From NCBI GenBank assembly GCA_965116205.1, contig OZ220493.1:1412510-1476509 (forward strand): a stretch of DNA of 64,000 nucleotides, read 5' to 3'. The notes under the pieces are model-generated. The model ran no database searches and was not told where the DNA came from. It saw only the letters and a list, made by a program, of their open reading frames with translations. Both the position numbers and the translations under genes were made by a program. This stretch comes from Arenicellales bacterium. Its GTDB lineage: Bacteria > Pseudomonadota > Gammaproteobacteria > Arenicellales > JAJDZL01. This document shows, in pieces, positions 26,839-38,300 of this stretch (position 1 is the stretch's first letter; every line of letters begins with the position of its first letter).

Positions 26839-27303
26839 ATGCCGACCTACGTACGCACTGACAAATGTGATGGTTGCAAAGGCCAGGACAAAACGGCCTG
26901 TATGTACATTTGTCCACACGATTTAATGTTCTTGGACAAGGATGGCTCTCTGACCGGACACCCGATGAAAGCCTTCAATCAGGAACCGGAACAATGCTGG
27001 GAGTGCTATTCTTGTGTCAAGATCTGTCCTCAGCAGGCGATTGAAGTTCGCCATTATGCAGATGTCGTACCGCTTGGTGCATCGGTACAACCATTACGCG
27101 GAACCGAATCGATCATGTGGACCATTAAATTTCGTAATGGCAATCGCAAACGATTTAAATTTCCGATTCGAACCACCCCTGAAGGATCCGCGGAGCCTTA
27201 CGTCAATAAACCCTCAGCCGATTTCAGCGAAATTGAAGATCACACCGTCCTGTTTACCAAGAGCATGCACGATTGTGATATGACGCAGTTCGTCAACCAC
27301 TGA
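26839..27303 (+). CDS. aprB: adenylylsulfate (APS) reductase beta subunit
   Basis: 154 aa. MPTYVRTDKCDGCKG..ACMYICPHDLM and CWECYSCVKICPQQAI ferredoxin-type clusters. SD AGGAGAAGGA ends 4 nt before the ATG. Confidence 0.9.
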   Translation: MPTYVRTDKCDGCKGQDKTACMYICPHDLMFLDKDGSLTGHPMKAFNQEPEQCWECYSCVKICPQQAIEVRHYADVVPLGASVQPLRGTESIMWTIKFRNGNRKRFKFPIRTTPEGSAEPYVNKPSADFSEIEDHTVLFTKSMHDCDMTQFVNH

Positions 27304-27328
27304 ACATTTCCATCCAAGGAGTGAACTA

Positions 27329-29287
27329 ATGGCAGAATTTGAATTCGGCAATCCGGAAATTGTCGAAGAGGAAGTTGATATCCTCATCATTGGTGGCGGC
27401 ATGTCCGCCTGTGGATGCGCCTTTGAGATTATGCAATGGGCCGAGGGCAAGAATCTGAATATCAAGCTGGTGGATAAGGCAGCGATGGATCGTTCCGGCG
27501 CGGTGGCGCAAGGGCTTTCAGCGATCAACACATACATGGGTGAGAACGACCCATCGGACTATGTACGATATGTACGGGGCGATCTGATGGGCATTGTGCG
27601 CGAGGATCTGGTCTATGATGTGGGCCGCCATGTGGATGATTCCGTACACAATTTCGAAGAATGGGGACTGCCGATCTGGAAGCAGTCCGGTGACGAAGGC
27701 AAGAAATTGACTGAGGGCGGTAAGCCGGTGCGTTCCGGCCGTTGGCAGATCATGATCAACGGAGAGTCGTACAAGTGGATTGTTGCGGAAGCCGCAAAAA
27801 AGGCGATCGGTGTCGACAACATCAACGAACGCGTGTTTATCGTGCGGCTGATCACCGATGCTAATGATCCAAATCGGGTGGCGGGTGCAGCTGGATTCAG
27901 TGTTCGCGACAACAAGGTCTTCATCTATAAATTCAAATGCTGTCTGCTGGCCGCAGGCGGGGCAGTGAACGTCTTCCGTCCCCGTTCAGTCGGTGAAGGT
28001 ACCGGCCGCGCCTGGTATCCGGTTTGGAATGCCGGATCGACCTATTCGATGGCCGCCGAGTGCGGCGCTCATCTGACACTGATGGAAAATCGGTTCGTGC
28101 CGGCGCGATTCAAGGATGGTTATGGGCCGGTCGGGGCGTGGTTTCTGCTGTTCAAGGCGCAGGCGATGAATGCGTTTGGTGAAGACTACCAGGTGAAAAA
28201 CTATTCCATTTTGGCTGATCACGGCTACGACGCCTATGCCAGCGGTCCGAAAATGGGTACCTGTCTACGCAATCATCTGATGATGAAGGAAATGCGTGAT
28301 GGTCGTGGCCCGATTTTTATGGATACGCCGACCGCGATGGCTAAACTAGCGGAGACCATGACCCCACGGGAAATCAAACATCTGGAAGCTGAAGCGTGGG
28401 AAGATTTTCTGGATATGACAATTGGACAGTGCGGCGTTTGGGCGGGTGAAAACATTGAGCCGGACAAAGAGATGTCCGAACTGATGCCAACCGAGCCCTA
28501 TTTACTGGGTTCCCATGCCGGTTGCGCCGGCATCTGGTGTTCGGGGCCCGATGATCTACCCGGCACCCCGGAACACTACCACTGGGGATACAATCGTATG
28601 ACTACGGTCAAGGGACTATTCACCTCGGGCGATGGCGTGGGTGCTTCCGGACACAAATTCTCCTCCGGTTCCCACGCGGAAGGACGAATTGCCGCCAAAT
28701 CAATGGTGCGATTCGCGTTGGATAACAAAGATTGGCAGCCCCAGTTAAGCCGCTCGGTGGACGACATCGTCGAAGAAATCTATCGACCGGTCAAGACTTT
28801 TCTTGAACACAAGGATTACACGACGGCAATTGATATCAACCCGCACTACATTACCCCGAAAATGTTTCAGTTTCGGTTGCAGAAAATTATGGATGAGTAT
28901 GTTGCGGGGGTCGGCACGTGGTATCAGACTAATGCAAAAATGCTCGAAATCGCCGAAAAGAAGCTGGAAATGCTCCGCGAAGACTCATTGAAAATGCGCG
29001 CGAAAGATCTTCATGAACTGTTACGCGCGTGGGAGAATTATCATCGGTTGATTGCTGCGTATGCGCACATGAAACACATTCAGTTTCGTGAAGAAACGCG
29101 CTATCCCGGCTACTATTACCGAACGGACTTTCAGAACATTGATGACAAAGACTGGAAGTGCTTTGTCAATTCGAAATTCGATCGGGAAACCGGTGAATGG
29201 ACCGTTTGGAAAGAACCTTATGTGCAGATGATCAAATATCAGGATGATGAACCGGCCGGCATTGCCAACCCGGGCGCGGTGGTGTGA
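27329..29287 (+). CDS. aprA: adenylylsulfate (APS) reductase alpha subunit (FAD flavoprotein)
   Basis: 652 aa. FAD fold DILIIGGGMSACG. Length and position directly after aprB are typical of AprA. Confidence 0.9.
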   Translation: MAEFEFGNPEIVEEEVDILIIGGGMSACGCAFEIMQWAEGKNLNIKLVDKAAMDRSGAVAQGLSAINTYMGENDPSDYVRYVRGDLMGIVREDLVYDVGRHVDDSVHNFEEWGLPIWKQSGDEGKKLTEGGKPVRSGRWQIMINGESYKWIVAEAAKKAIGVDNINERVFIVRLITDANDPNRVAGAAGFSVRDNKVFIYKFKCCLLAAGGAVNVFRPRSVGEGTGRAWYPVWNAGSTYSMAAECGAHLTLMENRFVPARFKDGYGPVGAWFLLFKAQAMNAFGEDYQVKNYSILADHGYDAYASGPKMGTCLRNHLMMKEMRDGRGPIFMDTPTAMAKLAETMTPREIKHLEAEAWEDFLDMTIGQCGVWAGENIEPDKEMSELMPTEPYLLGSHAGCAGIWCSGPDDLPGTPEHYHWGYNRMTTVKGLFTSGDGVGASGHKFSSGSHAEGRIAAKSMVRFALDNKDWQPQLSRSVDDIVEEIYRPVKTFLEHKDYTTAIDINPHYITPKMFQFRLQKIMDEYVAGVGTWYQTNAKMLEIAEKKLEMLREDSLKMRAKDLHELLRAWENYHRLIAAYAHMKHIQFREETRYPGYYYRTDFQNIDDKDWKCFVNSKFDRETGEWTVWKEPYVQMIKYQDDEPAGIANPGAVV

Positions 29288-29293
29288 ATGGAT

Positions 29294-29320
29294 AAGGGGG
29301 CATCCGCCCCCTTTTTCCTT
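29294..29320 (+). terminator. rho-independent terminator of aprBA
   Basis: AAGGGGGC-atcc-GCCCCCTT stem (8 bp, 4-nt loop) followed by TTTCCTTTTT, starting 7 nt after the aprA stop. Confidence 0.8.
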
Positions 29321-29358
29321 TTTCTAGGGAAGGTAATCGAGGTCTAGGTGAGTGACAG

Positions 29359-29730
29359 TTGGAATCTGTTAGCGGATTCATACTGATTGGTATCGGACTG
29401 ATGGTTGGTGCGTTGATTGGCTTTCTGTTAGCGCGCCTTCGGCACCGCGACCATGATCGGGATGCAAAATTGGTGGCACTACAAAAGGAATACGATGACT
29501 ATCGGACAAACGTTCGCAGTCACTTTGTTGACACCGTGACGGTGTTGCAAAAGATTGATGAGCAACAGAAGGCGCTGTATCGTTCGGTGGTCGACGGGGT
29601 GACGGATTTGTGTCGGCCAGAAGATGAAATTGACGACTACTTCATTGAACAGACAAAGGCGACCTTAGGTCAATTGGAGTCGCCGAAAGAAGAGGAAAAA
29701 GACCGGAAAAACGTGTTCGAAGTGGATTGA
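29359..29730 (+). CDS. YhcB/ZapG-like (DUF1043) single-pass inner-membrane protein
   Basis: TTG start, the first possible after an in-frame TGA, with AGGTGA upstream. N-terminal TM helix ILIGIGLMVGALIGFLLA, then a coiled-coil with YRTNVRSHF..T..L...........LY, resembling E. coli YhcB. Confidence 0.6.
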   Translation: MESVSGFILIGIGLMVGALIGFLLARLRHRDHDRDAKLVALQKEYDDYRTNVRSHFVDTVTVLQKIDEQQKALYRSVVDGVTDLCRPEDEIDDYFIEQTKATLGQLESPKEEEKDRKNVFEVD

Positions 29731-29782
29731 TTGAAAAATCTGTCAAGGATTGCAGAATCGACAGTCGGTCAAAATCATCAAA

Positions 29783-30124
29783 TCAGTCACTTGAAATTTC
29801 GCCGGGCGGCTTATAGTGCATCGGAAAGGGGGTTACGACGCCTTTTTCTCCAGCATGAACTTTAGCGGCACCCTCTTTTTCAACCTCGTCGACACGAATC
29901 ACTGAATGAATCGGAATGTAAGTGCGGCTGACCCCTTCAAACTGATTTTTCAGCTGCTCTTCACCGGGATTGACGACCAGTTGGGACCGTTCGCCGAACA
30001 CGATATCGGCCACTTCGACGAAAGCATACATATCGCTTTGTAACACCTGTCGGGCGTACAGTTCATACACCTTGGACTGGTTGTGAAATACGATGCGATA
30101 CATTTTTTTCTTTTTGGACGTCAT
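29783..30124 (-). CDS. DUF1820-like small protein
   Basis: 113 aa. YRIVFHNQSKVYELYARQV.QSDMYAFVEV..IVFGERSQLVVNPGEE.LK..F matches my recollection of the gammaproteobacterial DUF1820 family. Confidence 0.55.
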   Translation of the reverse strand: MTSKKKKMYRIVFHNQSKVYELYARQVLQSDMYAFVEVADIVFGERSQLVVNPGEEQLKNQFEGVSRTYIPIHSVIRVDEVEKEGAAKVHAGEKGVVTPFPMHYKPPGEISSD

Positions 30125-30485
30125 ATCAAATAATCGAATTGGGATTCAGGACCGGTTGGCAATTCCATTGATTATATACGGACGCCATGTGCTGTATTCA
30201 AGAACGTCACCCAATGTGTGTTGGTGATCATTATGGTCAATAGCGACGATATTGCCATCTGATTTGTCATTCAGTCGGCATTGAATCCGAAGTATAAAAG
30301 TACCACTGGCACGATCAACCACAATAATCCCTTGATGAGAAAGAAGAGAAAACCATAGATGTCCAGTTTTTTAGATACCTTGCGTTAATTTGCTGAAAAA
30401 GTTGTTGCATCCTATTACGGCAAACCGGGTTCTGATTGAGTGGGAATGGTTGCGGGCTTAACAACGACCAGTTCTGATTGAAAAT

Positions 30486-31337
30486 TTATCCACGATGTAG
30501 AAATGGCAGCAGGACTTGGGCAACCCGTTCGGCGCTATCCATATGACAGTGATGACCCCCATCAATATCAACAATTGCTAAATTCTTCAACAGTGGTTCT
30601 CGACCCTGTAGTTTTGGCCATTGTTTGAGAATGCCGGCGTTGGCACGCACCAGCATCGCTTCACATTGGACTGCACTCAGATACGTGCTTACATGCTCTT
30701 CGGCAAGGTAGATGGGAGAGGGTCGGTTGAGTCGGCGGTCGGTTCGCCAGGCATATCCACGGCTTGTTTCAGTGAGATTGCGGCGGACAATCAGTGTGGC
30801 CGCCGCCAAAGATAAATCGCCGGCTTGTTGCCGGACCCGAGCTGCCTGTTCAACAGTTTGATAAAACCGCGCCGGGGATGCGACTTTAGTGGTTTGCTCA
30901 ACATGACGTTTATATTGGGTCAGTAAGTCTTCCGGTGGTGCGGTAATGGGCGCAATTCCTTCGATCATCGCCAGGCGACTGATTCGGTCTGGGACCACCG
31001 CCGCAATCAGCGCCGCCACGCCGGCCCCTAACGAGTGGCCGAGTAAAGTGAATTGTTTGAGTTGCAGTGCGTCCGCAGCGAGAATCACATCCATTGCATA
31101 GTCAATGAAGTGATAAGCATTGGCGCCAAGGCGATGACTGGATTTTCCATGTCCTGGAAAGTCAAGCGCAATCAGATGTACACCGGATAAGTGCTTTGCG
31201 AGTGGAATGAAACTGGCCGCATTATCCAACCAGCCATGCAGTGCCAGCACCGGTAGGTCGGTGTGATTGGTTGAAGTCAGCGCAGAAAGCGTGAGATTGG
31301 TTGTTTCGATGATAGTTTCTTTTAATTCAAGTGTCAT
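30486..31337 (-). CDS. alpha/beta-fold hydrolase
   Basis: I prefer the internal ATG at 31337 (MTLELKE..., 284 aa); the tracked 31490 start adds an implausible Cys/Trp/His-rich leader. HGWLDNAASF, nucleophile elbow GHSLGA, C-terminal GGHHCH. Confidence 0.8.
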   Translation of the reverse strand: MTLELKETIIETTNLTLSALTSTNHTDLPVLALHGWLDNAASFIPLAKHLSGVHLIALDFPGHGKSSHRLGANAYHFIDYAMDVILAADALQLKQFTLLGHSLGAGVAALIAAVVPDRISRLAMIEGIAPITAPPEDLLTQYKRHVEQTTKVASPARFYQTVEQAARVRQQAGDLSLAAATLIVRRNLTETSRGYAWRTDRRLNRPSPIYLAEEHVSTYLSAVQCEAMLVRANAGILKQWPKLQGREPLLKNLAIVDIDGGHHCHMDSAERVAQVLLPFLHRG

Positions 31338-32262
31338 CGGATTGAAATCTGAACAGAACTGTGGCATATGCTGATGAATATGCACCCAGTAGCGGGTTTT
31401 CAATGTCGCACTGGATGCTGGAGGCCAAAAAATGTATGATCGGTAATACTTGGAACAAGTCAGAATGATTATATTGTCGTGGGTTATCACGAAGGCTGGA
31501 TAGTGATCATCCTGAATTGACCATGGTGAAGATTGGACAATGCCGGTAAAGTCGTCGCACCGGTTGCATTATTTCGATCTGTCACTCAATGTGTACAATC
31601 GTATGTCGTGTCCGAACTTGACGTTTGATCCCGTCATCCGTCTTTGTTGAGCGTCGTAGTAGAAGCACTTCATGGTGATGAGTTTGGGCTGTACTCCTGG
31701 AAAGGTAAGAATGGATACTCCATCTGAAACAACCGGTCGGTCAACTCTCCATCTTCTGTCGGTCCTTGGTGACTGATGCCGGCTAGTTGATGTCGCATGG
31801 CGACTATTGTTCGCCTATCACCTCCAGTCGCCAAAATTCTTACGTATTCCGCCGGATATCCGCTGAAGCCGAGACGTAGCAGTCAGAACATCTATCCGGT
31901 GAATGGCGCAGTGACATCAACCTCAGTTTTGATGGATGACTGAATCTGATTGCGCCAAAAATTGACAGATTTCATTTTCCATTGCTCATTCAGAATATCA
32001 ATTTTTCTGTGAATAAAACAGATTGTCGTTATAATCAGAATCATTTTTTGCAGTGTAAAGCTACCTGACTCTGATTTTCAGATGATGCATTAACGCCATG
32101 TAAACTTTCGCGAAATTGAAAGTGATCGGATGAAAATGAATGTAGGAGAATTGAGAAAGTGGGTGAATTGGACAAGCCGAGTCGACAAAATTATTCAATG
32201 ACTGTGTCAAGTGAAAGAGGTAACGAGAAACACGCGAAGCTGATCGTATTGGCAGCAGTCAG

Positions 32263-32283
32263 AAAATTTTTTGGGGGGGGGGG
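32263..32283 (+). repeat. A4-T6-G11 homopolymer block ending 8 nt upstream of the giant-gene ATG
   Basis: AAAATTTTTTGGGGGGGGGGG read directly (11 G at 32273-32283), then TGAAGCCG and the ATG at 32292. Confidence 0.9.
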
Positions 32284-32291
32284 TGAAGCCG

Positions 32292-32384
32292 ATGGCTACC
32301 CGCCAGAGGATGTCCTGTTGCCTGAATGCGGCATTACTCACCTTGTTGTTGCTGGTTGTGGCCGTATCACCGGTCACACAGGCG
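32292..32384 (+). other. Sec signal peptide of the giant protein
   Basis: MATRQRMSCCLNAALLTLLLLVVAVSPVTQA|QS: basic n-region, hydrophobic core, and an A-x-A-like TQA cleavage site. Confidence 0.7.
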
Positions 32385-35300
32385 CAGAGCATACCCCCAC
32401 AGCCCGAGCCCGCGCAGCTTTTCAAAGCTTTCGCGGGTGATCAGGAAATAACGGTTACTTGGGATAGCCCCCGACTCGCGGAAAATTTCCTGCGTTGGGA
32501 ATTATCCATACAGCCCCGAGGTCGGGGTAAGATTGCCCGAGCGGATGTTGTCTTTATCACTGAGAGGCGAGCCAGCTATTCGTATACGTATAGAGAATTC
32601 ACGGAATTAAATTCAAGCGGAGGCTATAAAGAAACTAAAACCAGGCTCAAAAATGGTCAGACTTACGTCATTGATATTGTAGCAAGGTACAGACTAAATG
32701 AATCTACTACAGCAGGTTCAGATTATAAATCAGTTTCCGCAACACCGGTGCCCAAACCTGCCAAACCAGTCAATTTCCGCGCCACATCGGGTAATGAGCA
32801 GATCACTTTGGCTTGGCAACAGCTGACTGACCAAAGCACGGTAACAGGGATGGTAGAAAGCATCTCTCGTTGGGAATACCGGCAGAAAATAGGTGCGGCG
32901 CCCTATGGCATGTGGACCGCTATTCCCAGTTCTGAAGGTGAAACCGCCAGCCATGTTGTGACCGGTCTGAACAATGGGACAGTTTACCGATTCAAAGTTC
33001 GCGCGGTTAATCCCACCGGCAATGGTGTTGAATCGGCGGAGGTAACCGCGACTCCCATTCCGTCAGGCAAAGTCAGCCGCCTGTCAGTTGACTCGAACCG
33101 GATTACGGAGGGGAATGCTGGAATCAAGCATGTCAACATCTACATTACGCTAGGTGAGGCGGCGCCTACCGGTGGATTTGGTTTGGGCTTACAGTTTGTT
33201 CAAAGGCGTAATCAAGGGGCAGTGTCATTCATGGATGGATATGGTTGTGGCGGAGGAGTTGCTCGAAATGCACCTGATCCAAAGGCGGATATGTGCTGGA
33301 TTAGGCGTAATGTGACAATTCCAGCCGGCGAAAGGACAGGCCGGTTTGTCATTGGTATCATTGGCGATACGGATGTTGAGGTAGACGAAAGTTTTGCAGG
33401 TTTATACGCCACTGGCAGAGTAGACGGTTGGGGTCAAATAAATCCACAAATTCCGTCACTTACGATCGTCAATGACGATGGCATACCGACAGGTTTGGTG
33501 GCCACGCCGGGTAACCAACAGGTAACGCTGTCTTGGACCGGTCCAAGAGACAATAACATTACTCGCTGGGAATATCAGCAGAAGGAAGGTGCGGATGGCT
33601 TTGGGGCCTGGCAGACAATCAATCCGCGTTCCAATACCTATGTGGTGGAGAATCTGAAAAATGACGTGGCCTACGCGTTCAAGGTGCGTGCCGTGTACAG
33701 AACCATCAATGGTCCCGGTCCGCCTTCCGAGGAAGTGAGTGCGACACCGACTGCTCCTCGTATCATTATTCCGATCAGAGAAATGACGTTGGATGAAGGC
33801 GGGCATGGCAGTTACAACGTGCAGGTCAGTCTTCGCCCGACAGAAAACGTGACAGTGGTTGTGAGTGGTGCCACAGATGGCGTGTCCGTATCGCCAAGTA
33901 GCTTGACCTTCACACCGGTGAATTGGAACATTCCACAGAATATAAGAGTCGACGTGGGTGAAGATGATGACGCCGTCTCTGAAGATGTGACCCTGAAGCA
34001 CCGTGCGACGGGTAGTGGCTTTGCCGCCGCAGTCAGTCAAGCGGTGGTAGTGAGAGTGAGGGACAACGACAGCACCGGTCTCACTGTTTCGGTGCCCGCA
34101 CTCACGATAACGGAAGGCAGTCGCGCCGCTTATACGATGAAGCTGAATTCGGAGCCGACGGACGACGTGACGGTGACCGTGGGTGGCGTATCGGGTGACA
34201 TATCGGTTTCGTCAAACAGTCTGACGTTCACGGCTTTGAATTGGAACATTCCACAGCCGGTGATGGTGTCAGCGGGCGACGATGCGGATGCGAAGAATGA
34301 TGCTCCGGTGACGCTGACGCATAGCGCGGCAGGTGGTGACTACGATTCGGTAACCGTTGAGCTTATGGTGACGGTGACCGATGACGACCCACCGATACAA
34401 CCGAAGAACTTTACGGTGTCGGCCGGCAATCAACAGGCGACTCTGACCTGGGACGACCCCGAAAATCCCAACATCACCGGTTGGGAGTATCAGCAGAGGA
34501 CTGGAGATGGCAGTTATGGTGCATGGGTGCCCATCGCCAACTCCGACGCCACCACCACGACGCACCCGGTAACCGGCTTAACCAACGGGACGGTTTACGC
34601 CTTTAAGTTACGAGCGGTGAACAGTGCTGGCAATGGCGTTGAGTCAACCGAGGTGACAGCGGTGCCATTCGGAGCTGGCAAGAAAATAACGCTATCGACT
34701 GCCAAGACTAGAATTACGGAGGGAGATGACGGATTTAAGTTAATTGACATCAGCATAACAATCGGTGAGACAGTGACTGCGAGCGACGGCTTGCAGATTA
34801 CCTTTGAAATTAACAAAACGGCTTCGACGGCCACAACAATCGATCCCGGCAATTATCTGGCATCTTGTACTGAGCCGAATCCGGCAGACGCGGACCAATG
34901 CTGGATTGTTGCTCCTAACCGGGGTTCTGTCTCTACAGGCAGTTCCTCAAGCAACTACCTCATCGGCATTTTGGGCGACACGAGAGCCGAGAATGACGAA
35001 ACTATCGTGTTGAAAGCAGTGCCTGACGATGTTGCCTATACCGGCGGCTCGATTACCCTAACCATCGTTGATGATGATGCGTCTCCCACCGCTCCAACGG
35101 ATTTCAGTGTGATGCCGGGTAACGCACAGGTTGAGTTGTCTTGGACCGGCCCCGATGATGCAAGGATCACAAGTTGGGAATACCGGCAGAAGACGGGCAG
35201 TGGCACCTTTGGGAATTGGATTTCCATGCCGGACTCTGATGCCACCACCCGAACTCACACGGTATCAAACCTATCCAACAGCACCGTTTATGCTTTCAAG

Positions 35301-38300
35301 GTGCGCGCTGTCAATAGTTTTGGTGCGGGAACTGAATCCCCTGAAAAATCAGCCACGCCACGGGCACCACCGGCCTCACCAACCGGTTTAACTGCCACCG
35401 CTGGCGATGGTCAGGTGTCGCTGTCGTGGACCGATCCGAATGACGTCAGTATTACCCGTTGGGAGTACCAGCAGAAGGCCGGCGGTAGTTTTGGAAGTTG
35501 GATGGCCATTGCCGGTTCCGGCGCCAGCACCACGACATACACGGTAATCGAACTCACGAACGGGACGGAATACGCCTTCAAGGTCCGCGCGGTAAATCGC
35601 AGTGGAGAAGGTGGTGAATCAGCTGAAGCCACAGCGACTCCGGTACCCCCGGTGCCACTGGCACCCACCGGTCTCACCGCTACCGCTGGGAATACACAGG
35701 TAGCGTTATCTTGGAATAATCTGCGCGACGCTAGTACTATCCGCTGGGAATACCAGCAGAAAGCTGGTGGTAGTTATGGTAGCTGGATGCCCATTCCGGG
35801 TTCAGATGCTACCACCATGGGTCATACGGTGACCGGATTGGTGAATGGGACGATATACACTTTCAAGGTGCGCGCGGTCAATCTCGGAGGCAGCGGCGCC
35901 GAATCTGGCGAAGCATCTGCAACGCCGCTTCTACCACCGCTCAAACCTACCGGTTTCAATGCCACCAAGGGTGAGGGCCTGGTAAAGTTGTCCTGGAATA
36001 ACCTGAATAACGCCAGTATTACCCGCTGGGAGTACCAGCAGAGAGCCGGCGGCGGGAATTATGGCAATTGGACGACTATGCTCGGGTCCGGTGCGGCGAC
36101 GACGCAACATGAAGTGGCACGTCTGACCAACGGAACAACCTACACCTTCAAGATTCGCGCGGTGAATACCGCCGGTCCTGGCGCAGTCTCAGATGCGGTG
36201 TCAGTGACACCGCTCGCGCGACCCGCGAAACCTACTGGATTTTCGGCAACCTCGGACTTCAAATCGGTGAAGCTGTCGTGGACCAATCCGAATAATAACA
36301 GTATCACCCGCTGGGAATACCAGCAACGGGCCGGCACCGGCGGCAGTTATGGTTTGTGGATGGCTATTCCGAACTCAAGTGCTAGTACCACCACGTACAC
36401 AGTACCCGACTTGAACAATGGTACGGCCTACAGCTTGAGAGTTCGCGCGGTGAACGAGATTGGCGCTGGCCGGCCATCAGACGTGACGGTGGCGACCCCG
36501 GCGCTCCAACCACCCCATCAACCAACTGGCTTAAGCGCCGAAGCGAGCGATGGGCAAGTGGTGCTGAGATGGCACAATCCGAATAATTCCAGAATTACCG
36601 GTTATCAATACCAACAGAAGGAGAGTAGCGGAAATTATGGGGGTTGGCAGACTATTACTGGTTCCAGCGCCACCACCACGACGCACACGGTGACCGGTCT
36701 AACCAACTGGACAACTTACACCTTCCAGATTCGCGCGGTGAATTCGGCCGGCAACAGTCCTGCATCTGCCGAAGTGCAGTCGACGCCCATCCCCAGAACC
36801 GCTAAGCCAACGGGTTTCAAAGCGGTACCGGGCAACCGTCAAGTGATTTTGACATGGGACGATCCGAAGGATACCGATATCAAAGGCTGGTTCATTCGGT
36901 ATAAGCCAAGATTTCTAAACAAATGGTATCGTCACGTGATCATCCCTGGTTCAGACAGGAGCACTACGAGTTTCACGGTAACTCGTTTGGTAGTCACTTT
37001 AGATCGCGGTAACACAAAAAGTGATCCTCTAAACAATGGTACTAAGTATGATTTCCAGGTGAGCGCATACCGTAGCACCAGGGATTTTCCAGATGATTTA
37101 CTCTGGTCGAATGTGGTATCCGCAACTCCGTTACCACCCCCAGCGCGACCAACCGGGTTTACCGCTGTCCCCGTTGGTGATGGTGCGGTGCAACTGAATT
37201 GGAATAATCCGAACAACGCCAGTATCACAAAATGGCAATACCAGCAGCAGGAAGGTAGTAACACACCAAGTTGGTTGGATGTCAAAAACTCCGGGGCGGA
37301 CACTACGAAACAAGTCGTAACAGGACTGACCAACGGCACTGAATACACTTTCAAAATTCGCGCCGTGAATATCGCTGGTAACGGTGCCGAATCCGGTGCG
37401 GCGACTGTGACTCCAACGCAACCGGGAGCTGATGTGTCGCCATTGAGTATCACCGTAGAGGAGAATGATAAAGAAGACTACGAGATTAAGTTAAAAACTT
37501 TACCTTCGGGTAATGTAACAATTGTTGTGAGTGGTGCTTCTGGAGATGTTTCGGTATCACCGAATCGTCTGACGTTCACCCCTTTGAATTGGTCAGCGGC
37601 ACAGAAGGTTACAGTGTCGGTAGCTAAAGATGATGATGCGATTGATGACGAAGACGTAACCCTATTACATAGGGCTTCAGGTGGTGGCTACAACTCGGTA
37701 TCAATTGATTCGGTGACCGTATCGGTGAACGATACTACGCCAACACTGCAGTTGTTGACCGCCCCATCCTCGGTGACTGAGGGGATGGATATCAGTCTGA
37801 CAGTGACATCTGATCGAGCTCTGACGGGTACGCATCCGATCAGTCTGAGCTTAGCCGACCGAGATGCCAGTGGTTTTACAGCGGCCGATATTTCAGGTTC
37901 GCTTGGCCGCCGGAACTTTGATGCTATTTTCGGCGAAACGGCCAGCACGACGGGAACGGTCGCCATCCCCACCGTCCTTGACAGTGATAAAACGGAGGGT
38001 ACAGAGACCTACCGAATTACACTACACGACGCGACAGATTATGAGGTGGGCAGTAATGTTGAGGTTGATGGTGAGCTGGTTGATGCTACCAACTTGGTGT
38101 CGGTGCCGCAGACGCAGTCACTGAACGAAGGTGGGAGCAATACCGCGGTAACAATCTCGACGGATGCAAGCTTCGGAACGTCAGTGAAGTTCAACGTATC
38201 CTATAACGACATCAGCGCTACCGGAGCGATTGACCCGACCAACGGTGACTATGACAGTGATGCGGTGTCCTCTGTGACGTTCGACACCTCGGAGACGTCG

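Noticed and set aside
31338-31490. N-terminal 51-codon extension of the alpha/beta hydrolase (tracked start 31490).
   Set aside because: The extension (MITHDNIIILTCSKYYRSYIFWPP...) has atypical composition and no counterpart in alpha/beta hydrolases. ATG 31337 gives a normal-length N-terminus before the HGW oxyanion region.
32159-32440. 93-aa ORF (GTG start) running through the G11 tract and overlapping the start of the giant gene in another frame.
   Set aside because: Its product has no recognisable features, and it overlaps the well-supported signal-peptide coding region. It is noted only because a -1 change in the G-tract would fuse its first 38 codons to the giant ORF.
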